Below are positions 13,263 through 27,660 of a stretch of DNA of 64,000 nucleotides, one piece after another. The DNA comes from Dipteris shenzhenensis (taxonomy: Eukaryota), in the NCBI GenBank assembly GCA_047967505.1, contig CM106538.1. One strand, given 5' to 3'. Both the position numbers and the translations under genes were made by a program. The number at the start of each line of letters is the position of its first letter. Position 1 is the first letter of the stretch. The notes beneath the pieces were generated by a model. The model saw only the letters and a list, made by a program, of their open reading frames with translations, did no database searches and had not been told where the DNA came from.

Positions 13263-14260
13263 TCAACAACCTCAGATGTTGGACATCCTTGTCCATAAAA
13301 TTCTCCTCCAATAGAAATCGAATTTCCAATAGACTGCCAATGAATTAAATAATCCAAGTAAGATGTCACATAAATTACACGAAAAAGTATAATTTTTTAC
13401 TAAAAGTAGAGAACCATTCAAGGTATTAATATAAACATACCTTCTCTGAAATTGGATTACATGGAGACTCGTCAATACAAGGAGTAGTTGCTTGAGGCTC
13501 CATATATCTCTAAAAAGTTTCAAATAGACATATAAAATTTTATTAAACTCTTATAGATCATTTTGAAATCCAAGGAATGAGAACTTAGTTCAATTGGTAT
13601 ACGACATTCTTAATTTTTCTTGAAAAAACATATCTTTCAAATGCGTCAACAACCTGAGATGTTGAATATCCTTGTTCATAAAATTCTCCTCCAATAGAAA
13701 TAGAATCTCCAATAGTCTGCCAATGAATTAAATAATCCAAGTAAGATGTCACATAAATTACACGAAAAAGTATAATTTTTTACTAAAAGTAGAGAGCCAT
13801 TCAAGGTATTAATATAAACATACCTTCTCTGAAATTGGATTACGTGGAGACTCGTCAATACAAGGAGTAGTTGCTTGAGGCTCCATATATCTCTAAAAAG
13901 TTTCAAATAGACATACAAAATTTTATTAAGCTCTTATAGATCATTTTGAAATCCAAAGGAATGAGAACTTAGTTCAATTGGTATACGACATTCTTAATTT
14001 TTCTTGAAAAAACATATCTTTCAAATGCGTCAACAACCTGAGATGTTGAATATCCTTGTTCATGAAATTCCTCTCTAATAGAAATAGAATCTCCAATAGA
14101 CTGCTAAAGAGTTAAATAATCCAAGTAAGAAGTGGCACAAATTATGCAAAAAGATACAAATTTTTACTTCACGCTAGAGAAACATTAAATGTATTGAGCA
14201 TACCTTCTTTGAAATTGAATTATGTGGAGACTTCTCAATACTTGAGGACTAGTTGCTTCA
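13263..14260. repeat. Tandem repeat, about 384-bp unit, roughly 2.5 copies
   Basis: tcaacaacct.agatgttg at 13263, 13646 and 14030; duplicated ORFs 13272-13523 and 13676-13918. Confidence 0.9.
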
Positions 14261-14849
14261 AGCTCTAAATTTCTTTGAACTTTGCTCGTTTCGTCCTTTG
14301 AAACACAATAGAATACATTGACTAGATCATATCTATATTGCAAATATACAGTTTTATAAAATATCACATAATTGAAAGGCCAACTCACATTATTTACAAG
14401 GGTCCTCTTCTTTGAGTATTTCCTGCTAGACTGCTTTGAGGAGATCCACCACCTATATAAATCTTCCTCTCTCCAGCTATATTCAACTCCACTAAACTTT
14501 AGAGGCACTATCTCATGATGATGCTCATGGATGATGCCTTTAATATGCTGCTGTTCTTTCTTTTTATGCCGTAGATCTATAACAGTCTCTATTCCCTCGA
14601 ACCACCTTCGTACACGATGATAGTTTTCTAACAATAGAGAATGCTGGTCTTTAAAGCACTTTTCTAGGAGCTCTTTCCCATATAGCTTGTTCTTATCCCT
14701 ACAGATCATTTTGGGTGGTTTAAACACCTCATCATATGTAGGTGTAAAACTTGCCCCTAAGATCGGAGGAATAGAAACTTGAGATTTATCTTGCAAAGAG
14801 AGACGGTCCTTGTTCTCTTTGAAGGACACATCCTTTGATTCATCTCCCA

Positions 14850-15730
14850 TAGGCATTTTCCCTATATAAAAAACATACATGCCATATATTCAGCCCCCTC
14901 TCTCATATCTAAATGCAAAAACATACATGCCATAAATTCAGCCCCCCCTCTTACATTTAAATGCAAAAACATAAATGCCAGAAATTCAGCCACCTTCTTT
15001 CTCTAAGTGCATAACATACATGCCATAAAGTCAGCCACATGCATTCTCCAAATGGATCTACACGCATGCCATAAATTAGACCCCCTTCTCCCATAAATTC
15101 AGCACCTTCTCTTACATCCAAAGGCAAAAACATACATGATAAATTCAGCCACCTTGATTTATCTCCCATAGGCATTTTCCCTATATAAAAAACATACATG
15201 CCAGAAATTCAGCCACCTTCTTTCTCTAAGTGGATAACATACGTGCCATAAAGTCAGCCACATGCATTCTCCAAATGGATCTACACACATGCCATAAATT
15301 AAACCCCTTTCTCCCATAAATTCAACACCCTCCCTTACATCCAAATGCATAAAGATACATGCCATAAATTCAGCGTCTTGCTCCCATAAATTCAGCCCCC
15401 TCCCTTTCATCCAAGGCAAAAACATACATGATATAAATTTAGCCACCTAGATTCTCCAAGTGCATAACATACATGCTTACAAATCAGCCCTTTCTTTCTG
15501 TAAATGCAATGAATACAACCCATAAATTCATAAAACAATTCTCTTCACCCAAAAATTCAGTTTTCTCCCTTAAATCCAAATGCGTAAATTCAGCCTTCTC
15601 CCTTAAATCCAAATGCATAAATTCAGCCTTCTCCCTTAAATCCAAATGCGTAAATTCAGCCTTCTCCCTTAAATCCAAATGCATAAATTCAGCCCCCTCC
15701 CTTGCATCCCAAAGTTCAACCCCTTCTTTC
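14850..15730. repeat. Complex minisatellite (CCATAAATTCAGCC core, ending in 33-bp units)
   Basis: Many ccataaattcagcc copies; three to four 33-bp aaattcagccttctcccttaaatccaaatgc units at 15553-15700. Confidence 0.88.
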
Positions 15731-16038
15731 TCCAAATGCATAACATAAATCCAACAAAAAAATGACATACCTTTAATTGAACTAACCATGGAATCCAAGA
15801 GTCCAAGGAAACTTGCATCTTCACTCATCATTTTCTTTAGTAGCGCCGCCATGTCCATGTTATTGCTAGCCATCTTGATCATGCACAACATAAGCATAAA
15901 AGACTTTAGTTATTGTTAGTATGAAATAAAAACACACAAAATAGAAATAGATGTAAAAGGAAATCAAATACAAATACGTACCAAATCCGTTTTCTAATTC
16001 CTTGAATAATGTTAACTTCATGTATCCTAGCTACATGC

Positions 16039-19000
16039 CTAAGATTGCCACATGATAGGAACTATCTTGGCTTTGCCCTGAACTAGCATGTTCTTTGTCT
16101 TGATAACTTTCCACGTCTCGTTGACAGACACACAAAACCACCAATCCTTCCATTCGTTGTCTTCCATCGAGACCTTCCATATCTTTTCCTCTGCGTGAAC
16201 CAGCTTTAGCCATGCTACTTTAACTTGATTTAGCGTGTGATCCACATCTCTAACAACGGCATACTTGAGATCATTTGGTGAACAAACTGTATCTGTAAGA
16301 CAAGACTTCAATAAAACAATATCATTCTCCTCTAGCCAAGGAGGAATACATCCAATGCAACCAGGCTGGATTAAATGTGTTCTCAATCCTAAATCTTTTG
16401 TCTCATATGCAATGATACCACCTCCATGCTGTAGAGGAATAAACTTATGCAATAAAGAACTGATTGGCCTTATACAATTCCAGGTGTATGGCAAATATGC
16501 ATTTTGTAGGACACTCATGCCAGTGGTGCCATCAATATCTAATCTTTCATATCCTCTTTCAACAACAATGCGTTGCCTATAGTAGTGTGCTCCAAAGAAT
16601 AGTTGCATGTTACCATTATGCTGAAAGGAAAAAAATGACGCTATACACGCTTTCCAGTGTCCCACACTAGAGACTAATGTTGCATCCTCTTCAGACTTTA
16701 CGATAACCTTATCTTCAATCTTATAAACCTCACCCTTAAACATAATTTTCTTATATTCGGTTACTCTCTCAATACCAAATTGAAGATTTTGCTCTACATA
16801 CCTTCTTTCCTCACTTGTTGTGTATCTAACTTTTGGCTTCTTTCTTGCTATTACAATACCCTTTTGGCTAATGACTCTTTGGCAAGGATAGTCTTTCGCA
16901 TGCAATGTAGCTAAACTCCATAAATGTTTCGCTTTTTCAATGGATGATACATGTATCAATCCTAATGAATGCCATTGAGGACAGTCATAACATCCATGTT
17001 TGTCCACTAAGTATCCATCTGGGACTGAAAGAACTCCATGAAACTCTTTCAACATCCTTTGATGAGGAAACAGCTTATCAGCATCTTCTTGAATATGTAG
17101 AAAGACCCATGTGAAAAATCTCCTTCGATGATAGTTTGCATATGAGATCTCATTATCCTTATTGTTTGTTTTGATGCTAGCATATGTTGAGACCATACGC
17201 TCATATGTGTAGCACCAAAACCCATCGTGGCTGCCATGTCGCAAAATATCATCAAGAAATTCTCCGAAACCTGCAACATGCTCCAATGGAGCTGAGTTTC
17301 TTCCAATCCACTCTTCTGATCTTACTCTCCAAGAAGCAAGCAATACCCTCACAATGTTTATGTCTTCTTGAGACTAGCCATTACTTCTAGTATAATTATA
17401 AAAGGCATGAGCAATATCTATGATCAAGAGACACAAATCATAGAATTTCTTAGGAATACCTTGGACTTCACTCAAGACATAACGAAGACACCATTGTACA
17501 AACTTTTGTGTTTCCTCTGCCTTGTAACTCTCAAAATACTTGCTAGAAAACCTTGGCCACCGACCATATCGGATGGAATAAGGTGTGGCCAATGTCATTC
17601 TATGAGTTGCTTCGTCGATTTCTTTCTTCACTCTATTATCGATATCTCTCATTAAAGAGCTCATGTACTTTGAGAACATATTCAATGCTAGTATGTGCAT
17701 ACAATCGTACACAAGATCAAGAGATAAGTCGAACCCATAAAGATCATATAATCTCCATAGACATGATCTACCTGAAAGACCAGCCTCTTTAAGAATGTCT
17801 TCACATTGCATTTGAGTGCTTGCTCGCTCTACAAGAAGCAAGTCTCTCAACATATCTTTTGTGGACCTCTTGGCTGGAGCATATCTGAATTGGAATCTAT
17901 TTTGGTCATAAAGGTATCGACTCGATCCTTCACATTCTAAAGTAGCTATAGGTTTGTCTATACGACAAAAAGCTTGGCCACCATCTTTAAAAGCTCCAAT
18001 CTTACATTGAGCTGGATGGTCACCAGTCACCATCATAAGCATAGCACGTGCTTTGAAGGTTTGGGAAAAAGAGCTATCATGCCCAAAAATTAAAGGCATT
18101 GGATAATTGAAATCTATATCAATTCCATCTATGAACAAACTTTCTAATTCATCTATCAAAGGTTTCATAAAAACATGAAAGAGTTTGCTTGAGCTTCCTA
18201 TAATTTTTTTGCAACTAAATGGAATGAACAAGACTGGTATTGCTCCAATTATGGACTTCTTTCCACAATTGAGAACCTTTATCTCGACGATGCCACAATT
18301 CTTCTGGGTTGTTCTTGATGTCTGGAACCCATCCCAGTGCAATAAGAGAGCAAAATTGCATGGATCTCCATGTATATGTAAAGAAAGACACATTTAGAGT
18401 ACAACATTACATGGAATTCTCAAACATAAATTAATTAGAGACCACACATAGTATATATGTAAAAAATTTACCTTACAGAGTCTTTGTGGACCTTGTATCA
18501 AAGCTCGACAAGCCTTGCAAACAAATTTGTAAATTTTCTCACATTCTTTCCAACCCTCCAAAAGTGCTTCCGATTTAAGTGAAGATGGCCATGCTGTATA
18601 AGCTTGTTTGCAATGCCCCTTCTCACATAGCAATGGCAACTCAAACTCTGATTCTAGATCCCAAAACTCTTTAACACTTGTACATTTACTGCCATACCAG
18701 AACTCATCAATTCTAATAGTTTCATTAGAATTGTTCGATACCAACCATTTGTCTTTATTTCGCCACATTTCCAATAATTCGTGGCATAAAGATCTACTTT
18801 TAGTAAGTAGTTTCAATTGTTCACCGATCGAGATGTAGTCAAAACATAGCATTTCCTTTCTAGGCACTGCACATTTCTCACACTTCTCACAACATGTTAA
18901 ACAATCGTGCTTTAATTTTCTCTTTCCAATGACATTTCTATTGCATTGGCATTCAACAGTGTTACCACTATAAACATCCTCTTTGCTTGGTAGATAGAGT

Positions 19001-19833
19001 ATTGGAGCATGTATGGAATCCTCTTTTTCTTGACATTTTCTATATCTCTTTGATTCAACCATTCCAAGCCTTGTCAACATAGTAGTTAATTGCTCCCAAC
19101 ATGTGGGAACAGTTATTCCATTTAGACTTCCATCCCATGTTTCTGGAAGTTGGACCAATAGTTTACTCAAACTTGATCTTTTTGCGCCTTCATGTGTTCT
19201 AGACCTAGGACCACCCATATCTCCAAATAGAATTTTAAGCATACTATCTTGAAACTCCACTAAAGCTTGATGTCCATCCCAAAGAGCTTGCAACTCAATC
19301 AATCTTTGTATGATTTTATCAGCGAGAGATAAATGGCTATCCTCTCCTAAAGCATCCATGTTATCCTCTTCATCATCCAACCTAGCGCCTTCATGCATAT
19401 CAGTAAATTCATCGTTCCCTTCCATCTGATGCATGGGCTCATTGTTCTCCTCTTCTTCAGGTCCACAAGAGCTGGAGTATGGAGCATGCAAACCAAGATT
19501 CTCTGCAATAGTTTCAAATCGCTCATCAACTTGCATATGCCTTGCATAAGTTGATGGAGCGACCAAGCGGCCACCATGGCAATAAGATTCACATCTACAC
19601 CATACCCGCCTCCGTCGATTAGATGATTCAATGAGTTCTTCATTCACTACAATATCATTGCCAATAGAGTTCTCCTCATTCACATTTCTCAAAATTGATG
19701 CGTGTAAGTTTCCAATGGAGTCTTGTTGCAAATGCACATAATACGTCCTCCGGCTCACATCTTGATAGCCAAGAGGCGAATGCCTGCACCTATAATTGCA
19801 TCTACATCTCCGTAGGCTATCATCTATTGCCAT
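16039..19833 (-). pseudogene. CACTA/EnSpm (Tnp2-like) transposase, nearly intact
   Basis: LLLHWDGFQ, FMKPLIDELESL, VTGDHPAQCKIG, YDCMHILALN, YKAEE, FWCYTYERMV. One in-frame TAG at 17376-17374. Intron donor at 18471; the expected acceptor before GDP reads CAT rather than CAG. Confidence 0.85.
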
Positions 19834-20615
19834 CTGGAATAAGGCACATGAAATCATAAATAAAACACCCTAGAGAACAAACACTTACATAAGCTCAACA
19901 AAGTCCATCACAAACATAGAGACATAGCATTTATAAACATGTATAAACACATTTAAAATAAACACACATAGTAGGGTCCTAAGTATGGGCAACTAGTGCC
20001 AGTCGTATAGACGGCCTCCCAACAAATATCATCAAAGTAGCCTCACCCATGGTAAAACCGTAGGTAAGCTGTTGTAGGCCATGCAAATGCACACCCTAGC
20101 AATGACTCCATGGATAAAGAAGGACTATACCTGTGAGATTTTGTCACTTCTGGTACTTAGCTCCCACACGTAGGACCATAGATACGTGTCTATCATTACA
20201 TAAAAATGAAACTTCCATATCATAAGCAAATAAAAGAAATATTGCCATACCATATAGACAAGGCATAAACCCACTGAACTAAAGAAGCACAAACAATGGC
20301 ATTCACATAGGCACAAACAATAACATAGACATATAGAAACACCAATACAAACATAGGCATAGACTATATAAACACCAATAGAAACGTATGCATAGACTAT
20401 AGCATAAAGCATAAAATTGCACTTAGAATTAGGCATATAGGCATTCACATAAGCATATAGACATATAGAAGCATAGACTAAAGAAGCATAGGCAAATAAG
20501 CATTCACATAAAGCATAGAAATAGGCATTCACATAGAAATGTAGCATAAATATCCAATTGCATAACATAAAGAGAAGGTGTGTGTCTACTACATTGTCTA
20601 ACATATTAAATCATA

Positions 20616-20640
20616 TGTGTGTGTGTGTGTGTGTGTGCGT

Positions 20641-20698
<58 letters not shown>

Positions 20699-20775
20699 CT
20701 TATTTTTTCTTTTTAATGTGTGTGTATGTATATGTGTGTGTGTCTTTGTGTGAGAGAGAGAGGGAGAGAGAGAGT
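20616..20775. repeat. Compound microsatellite (TG)n(CG)n(AG)n
   Basis: Directly visible. Confidence 0.95.
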
Positions 20776-20841
20776 CCAATTGCAAATGGCCATGCTACCT
20801 ACACTACAAAGAAGAGTTATTTTAGCTCTCAAAGTTTGTTC

Positions 20842-20981
20842 GGGGGGGGGGGGGGGGGGGCATGGAGTGTGGGTGGGGGGGGGGGGGGGGGGGCATGGGG
20901 TTTGGGGGGGGGGGGGTTTGCATGGAGTGTGGGGGGGGGGGGGGGGGGGGGGGGGGCATGGGGCGTGCCAGAGGGGGGGGC
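20842..20981 (+). repeat. Poly-G runs separated by CATGGAGTGT/CATGGGG linkers
   Basis: Several G runs of about 10-25 nt; followed by 20984-21200, which duplicates 20192-20410. Confidence 0.9.
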
Positions 20982-23900
20982 ATATCATTACATAAAAATG
21001 AAACTGCCATACTATAAGCAAATAAAAGAAATATTCCCATACCATATAGACAAGGCATAAACCCACTGAACTAAAGAAGCACAAACAATGGCATTCACAT
21101 AGGCACAAACACTAACATAGACATATAGAAACACCAATACAAACATAGGCATAGACTATAGAAACACCAATAGAAACATAGGCATAGACTATAGCATAAA
21201 TAGCATAGAAGCATGTAGAAACATAGGCTTGCATAAACATAGGCATTCATTAATGGCAAAGAAGGCATCCATAAACATTTAAAGAGTAGATCCATAAAGC
21301 ATAAAGCATAAAATTGCTCTCAAAATTTCCACAAAGAAAAAAAGACATCATGCTTATATTTCACTCTAGAAATTTCTATCTAATGCATAAAAGTTAGAGA
21401 CACTCCTTTTAAAAGCTCCAAATGAAATAGAAACTAAAATATGGAACTTTTAATATACTGTATTCAAAGGTATTACAACCTTTGAATCTTAAACCTTTGA
21501 ATTTCTTTTGATTTATTTTTATATGTTAATATTTAATTCTTCAATCCACACAATGGTTGTGTTGAAGCAAGTGCGAAGGACGACGAGGAACTTAAGGCTG
21601 GGGTCGAGGCGGTGAGAATAGAACTGCCAAGCATAAGAGGCACTGGCGCTGTGGAGAATGGGGAGGCTACTGTTAGTAGAGAAGGTCCATGCACAGTGGA
21701 GAGGGAAGAGAGCTGCAGAGGCGGCAAGGGGGAAGATGAAGAAGGAGAAGGGGAAGGAATTAATGCAAGTATATACATACCTCAAAAATCCTTGCAACTG
21801 TGACGCACGTGGAGGAATGATCTGTTGCTGATGAAAAATCTGGCTCAACAGGACGTTATAGCGATGCAAGTGCTCCTCTGCTACTGGCAATAAATCAGGC
21901 ACAACAATATCTTAATCTGGGTGCAGCATATTAATCCGCTGCTGGAGGCTGCTCGAGAATCTTGGAGCTGGTGTGCGACGACTGAGTCGACGTTCTTGGC
22001 GTGTAATGCGTACGTTGCAGAGTGGTGCTTGTAGGCTATAGCTTCTCTTTCAAGCCCAATATATCGATTTAGCCGGTACTGCTGTATCGCCATATACCGG
22101 ATGAAAAATGACTAAGTAGGGATGGACATACGCCGAATGCTACAAGTCTAGACAATATATACCAGCTAGCGTACCTTTGAATCCTCCAATTAATCGAGTG
22201 TGTATATCTCAAGTAGTCGACAGTAGCAAATATATGTGCAAGAGGTGCACAGATTCAAGGAGAGAGTACAGCAGCGTAATAGGCTGAGCGTATGCAGGAG
22301 CTGGGCCTGTGTGCATAGATTCGAGGAGAGAATGTTGAAGGAGCCGGATATTGCAGGCGCAGTACAGATCTTTGATATATCGATTAGATCACTCCGGTCC
22401 GAGACGGTAGATTCAGTACTCCTTTGATCGAGGACCTTAGGAAGAGATAAGGCGGCTTAGGAAGGGGAAGGTACATAGAATGAAGAGGTAAGGGATAGGG
22501 ACGGGAGCCTCGACTCGTGAGCAGGTAGGGGATAGAATGAACATGAGTGGATATCATGTATCACAAGACTGCCATTGCAGAATGAACCGTTTGGGAGTCA
22601 GAGACACATTTGGGGGAAATATTTTTTCCCCTATTTTCCCGCTTCCCACTTGCCTCTTCCCTCTCAAATTTTTGGGCGTTGCACCTTCCATGCTCCATGC
22701 TTGCACCTTCCATGCTTCTATCTTTGCACCTTCCATGCTCCATTGCAACGATTCCATTTTTATCCAAACCATAGTCATAGTTTCCTACAGTCCCTGATGC
22801 TTGTAGATGGGCATTCTCCAAGCTGACCATGTCAAGTCTTGAATGTTGGAAGAGCCCATGTGGATTAGCAACTAAGTTCAAATTTAGAATGTAGCCGTAT
22901 AGTTCATGTTTTTAGTTTACATATATCAAAAGACTAAATTACATAAATGGTATTCGTAATACCATATGTATGGTTTATTGTCAAATTATTCAATAAGATT
23001 TATAATTATTCTTCATTATATAGGAACTTTCTAGGGATATGTAAACCACTCAATTTAAGACCCTGGCAAAATTTTTTACCAATCTGATGATTGGGGAATG
23101 ATTGGAGCTATCATTGTTTATGATTGTTACATATTTTTTTTCACATAACAGGATGCACATGCAAATTTGGGATATTGTGTCTTCCTAGCCATGCATTCAA
23201 TGTCTAATGCACATGGAAACCATTTCACTTAAGACCATGCAAAGTTTGATCATACCACTTGGAAAGTTGTGCATATTGGTGTTGGTGACCTTTATGCATT
23301 TATCCTTTACATGTTTGCAGGATGCACATGCAAACATCATATTTTTGATGCACATGGAACTTTGCAAGGACATGAAAATCACTCAATCGTATACCATTGG
23401 AAATTTGGGTACCAATCTGATGGTTGTACATATCCATATTCATGAATGTTCCATATACATGAATGTAGGATGCACATGCAAATTTGAGACATTCCATCTT
23501 CATGGCCACACATCCTGTGTCCTTCACATAGGCATGATGCACATGTGAATTTAGGACATTTCACCTTCGCTACCACACATCTAGTGTTCGATGTACATCT
23601 TAAAATTTGCATAGTATTTCTACAGTCATATATGTGCATGGTGTTGAAAATGTAACAAACTTACATTCTGAGTGTTCTAAGTTGTGAGATATATGCTTGA
23701 TGTTGAAAATTTCACAAACTTACATTATGAATGTTCAAAATTGAACATTAAAAAGGTTGAAGATATTACTTGGTTTTTATTTAACATATGAACTATTTAA
23801 GCCTTTAAATTCACTTTTTGATTGATATGGATTTTTTAGCTATGACAAAGAAGAGAAAAAAGTCCAAAACTAATGACGTCCATGAGGGGTGAATATTTTA

Positions 23901-24550
23901 TTCCTCTCATCCACCATAAGTTAATGCCCAATATAAGTTTTTTAGCATTTAATTCTCCTTGCCATGTTTTTAAGTCTATAATTTGTTATATTGTACGACT
24001 TAAATGTATTGCCTCACATACCTAACGCTCAACTGCGTAGTCCTAGATACCATGTGGTACGTGGTCTCTTCTTGATGTTTCCATGCATATAGAATTAGAC
24101 TAGTGAAGAGGCTACTCAAGAATTTTCGATGGAGTTGAGGGATGGCTTCGTGGATACTAGAGCTAGAGTATATTGGGACATTGTCACTCTTACTTCATGA
24201 TATATATATGGTGGACTGTGGAATCTTGATCCATAGCTTCAAAGAAAGGCACTCCTAGTTAAGCTTCTTGTTAGAGGCTTGACCCCAAGGGTCCAACCAT
24301 GGAAAAGACTCTTGTTTATGGTATCTCTTGTGCACACCACGAGCAGCTAGGCAGTGATTGGGGAGTGTCAGCTAGATTTTCTTGGTTGACCATCATCACC
24401 ATCCCAATTCTTTGATGAAGAAGAGACTTATCTACATTTGGGAGAAATTTCATGTGGATCTTATATGAGTAGTCTTATCCACCAAAGAGGAGTTAATTAG
24501 GCATCCCCTTTTTCTTAACCATAGGATTGTTGGACCAAAGTCCACATCCC

Positions 24551-24778
24551 TTAAGGAGGTTTGTCAAAAGAACAGTTAGCGTTGAAGAATGCCTCAAAGG
24601 CTTCTGAAGGAAGACTATGAAATCCTAAAGATGCACGCAGTTGCCTTATTCTCTGAGGAACGTGCCAATCCAATACCTTTTGAATCCTCTCATGATCAAT
24701 GTTGATGCCTTCACTAGAAATCTTATGCCCAAGGTACAAGAGCTCTTTAGGAAAGAATTCATTCTTAGACTCCTTCAC
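24551..24778 (-). pseudogene. Ty3/gypsy RT/RNase H fragment nested in the CACTA element
   Basis: KESKNEFF...YLGHKISSEGI..D..RIQKVLDW..P...QLRASLG, homologous to the gypsy RT C-terminus at 50080-50260. Confidence 0.8.
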
Positions 24779-27660
24779 GTCTATAACTTCTCACACCTTA
24801 ATGCCGCTAATGCAATGTGGTGGGTGTTGTTAGCGCAGAATGCACCACATGGCACCCGAGAGTAAGTCAGGTACGGGATTCCTAATATCGCTAATGTAAT
24901 GTGGCTAGTGTTGTTAGCATAGAATGCATGACATGGCACTCAGGATGTGAGCCAGATATGAGATCCCTAGCACCCGTCCCATAGCTGCCCCACCAAAGCT
25001 CCACAGTCTCCCAAAAAGTCTGGAGAGGGGGAGATGACTATGGGGGGGTGAAGAGGCTAATACATACAGGGTCTCCCCAAGAGTAGATATGCTTATGGGA
25101 TGGACATCCCCACTTAAACACATGTCAATAGCATGTGGCCTCCTCCAAATCCTTGTATTGGACATGCATTGGATCATAATGGCCGATCTTCATGGATTGA
25201 TATTGTAAGCTGTACTAAGCCTTCTTTCATGTTACAACACTTAAAAAATATCCAATTGTATAGTTGATAAATGCTACTTATGAATAAGTAAAATTGCCAT
25301 GTATTGGGTGGTAATGGTGAGTCTTCATGAACACTATTGTCTATTGCATCCTCACTTGCTACCATTTTTAAGAACTCCTAATATGTGCCAGTATATTCAA
25401 GTATCCATCTTTTCTATTCCATCACCTAATAAACTACAAACAACCTTGGTAATATTGATGAGCTATTTAGCTAAAGAGGGATCTCTATTAAACCCCTCCA
25501 TGATCTTTTTCAGATGGTATTCAACGTCTTGAGAATGTCCTAATTTCTTTCTTATAGACAACATCCATTGCATGATGAGTCGCACGATGCATAGCATCTA
25601 ATAGCATTTAAAAAAAAACATATAGAGTACTTTGAAGCCAAATAAACCTTATCACATTGCTTTTAGTTCCATCTATTTGCCTTAAACCTTGGAGAAAGAT
25701 CTCCTAGCGGCACCATTAGAACATTACTTTGAAAGATTCTACTCCAAACTAGGGAGCCCTTTCCCTATACATGTAGTTCATAGACAAATGTGCAATGTCC
25801 TTTGGAGAGTCACGGCACCTTTGACATATTTGAGACCTAGGATCTTCTAACTTATCCTCCACCTCTATCCAAAATCAAGCATATTAGAAGATGATAAGAG
25901 AAAAAAAGGAACATTCAGTTTAATCCTCCCATCTATGATTTTCATCTCCCATAGTCTTGGAGAGTTATAGCCTATCTAGTTGATCCTTTCTATGTTTGTC
26001 TCCTACTTGAGTTTTGCACCAAGTAAAGGAGGAATCGTTTGACAAGTCTACTAGCACTACTGGTTTTTTGAGTCTTAGCTAGGTGTTCCGCCATTACCAC
26101 TCACCACCTTTCTGTTGTTGGTCCATTTGTCCAAGTGGAATTCTACCATAACACTATATTAGTAACTTTGGGAAAATCCCAATTCCCATTTTTAAAAAAA
26201 TGTCAAAAATCAAAGGCCAATTGAACTTAAATTAGAAGGACATTAATAGAAAAAATCTTATGTTCAAAGATGTATTTGCGTTTTCAAGTTGAACACCATT
26301 AAGCTTGAATACAAAATCAATTGGTATTAGGAGATCTTGATCCCAGGAGCCATTCACCCTAGGATCAAATTGAAGAATTAATTTATTGTTCACTTCTTCC
26401 GACAAGTCATCAAACCCTGTGCATAAAAGAAAAAGGATGATGAGTTATTGATTAGTTAGACAAAAATGAGAAGTAAAGGAAATTACAAGAATGATGCATC
26501 AAACAAAATGAGTAATTACCATTCTCAAAGATTTATTGCATGTTTAATCCAAGTGAATCTTGTAGTCTGAAGTTCCAATGATATATGGTTAAACGTAACC
26601 TTATTTTAGGGCATACAAACAAGCTTGCATATCACTCAAAGGATTTTACTGCTTTATCTTCTCCAAGAGACCGTCTAGCTCAAAAGAATTCAAAGTAGTT
26701 GGGCCTGTTTTGAGCTCGTGCTTTTGGACTTTTGCTGATTGTTCCTTATTTAGCTCACAAGCATCTCCCCTTCAATTACTATGTTGGGCGATCTCAAAAT
26801 GACTTGAACTGCTCAATTTTTCCTAATTGGTATAATTAGGCACGATTTTTCCTAGCGTTACTAGGACTCTACTTTTGGTTTCATGACTTTTACTATTAAT
26901 AAAACATCATTTGTTGGTAGTGTTAAAGGTAGTAATAGTAATTATACCAACGATGATAAAATTACCCCACCACAATAATTTAAGGATGCCTCTGATATCT
27001 CTTTACTAATTTTGATTTGAGAGGTAATTTCCCTCTCCTATCAAGAAGGCTTGGCCTTGGGAGCTATGGTCATAAGGAATGAGAGCTAGATGGGACCATG
27101 CTTGGAGTATGGACTGTCTCAAAGGGGGAGGTGGCCTTTGTCAGTTTTTTATTTGTAGATAGCATGTTGTGTCTTTTGTTGCAATGTAATATGATACATA
27201 TTGCATGCATGCTTTCTTTTTTTATGCATGTAAAATGTATTATATTGCATGCTTTCATTGCAATCAATATGCATGATACATAATGCATCATATTGAATTA
27301 CATGCATACAATATGTATATGTTGTGTGCTGGCATGTAATCAGTATATGTAATCAGTATGCAAGATGCATTGTGTGTCGTGCTATGTGCACATGCATTCA
27401 ACATAATTTACATGCATTGCATGTTACATATGTAAGTGTTAAAATTTGTTTGTACACCACACGTTGCACTAACATGTTTAATTCCATATATGTAGATATT
27501 ATAGTTTGTTCACATAGTTTTTTCACTTCCACACAACTTTTTCTACAAGTAGCAAGATGGAAAATTTTGTTGGTGTACTCATTGCAAGCATGGGTTAACA
27601 TTGAAGTAGAACAAGGTTGTTAACCAAAGCATTTGAGAACAAGATTTCGACTAGATAAAT

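Larger units (their letters stand above)
12046..15873 (-). pseudogene. Multi-exon accessory gene of the CACTA element (TnpA-like position), probably degenerate
   Basis: Minus-strand exon-like ORFs with GT/AG borders (MASNNMDMAALLKK... at 15873; 231-aa ORF at 14185-14880; small exons at 12046-13180) directly downstream of the transposase. No recognisable domain. Confidence 0.5.

Noticed and set aside
15473-15748. Repetitive-peptide ORFs (NSAFSLKSKC / EFMHLDLREKA)
   Set aside because: By-product of the 33-bp tandem repeat, which appears intronic.
20617-21108. Proline-rich (extensin-like) and glycine-rich ORFs
   Set aside because: Translations of poly-G and dinucleotide repeats, open in several frames.
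24900-26000. Possible LINE remnant
   Set aside because: Too degraded; no RT or endonuclease motif I could confirm.
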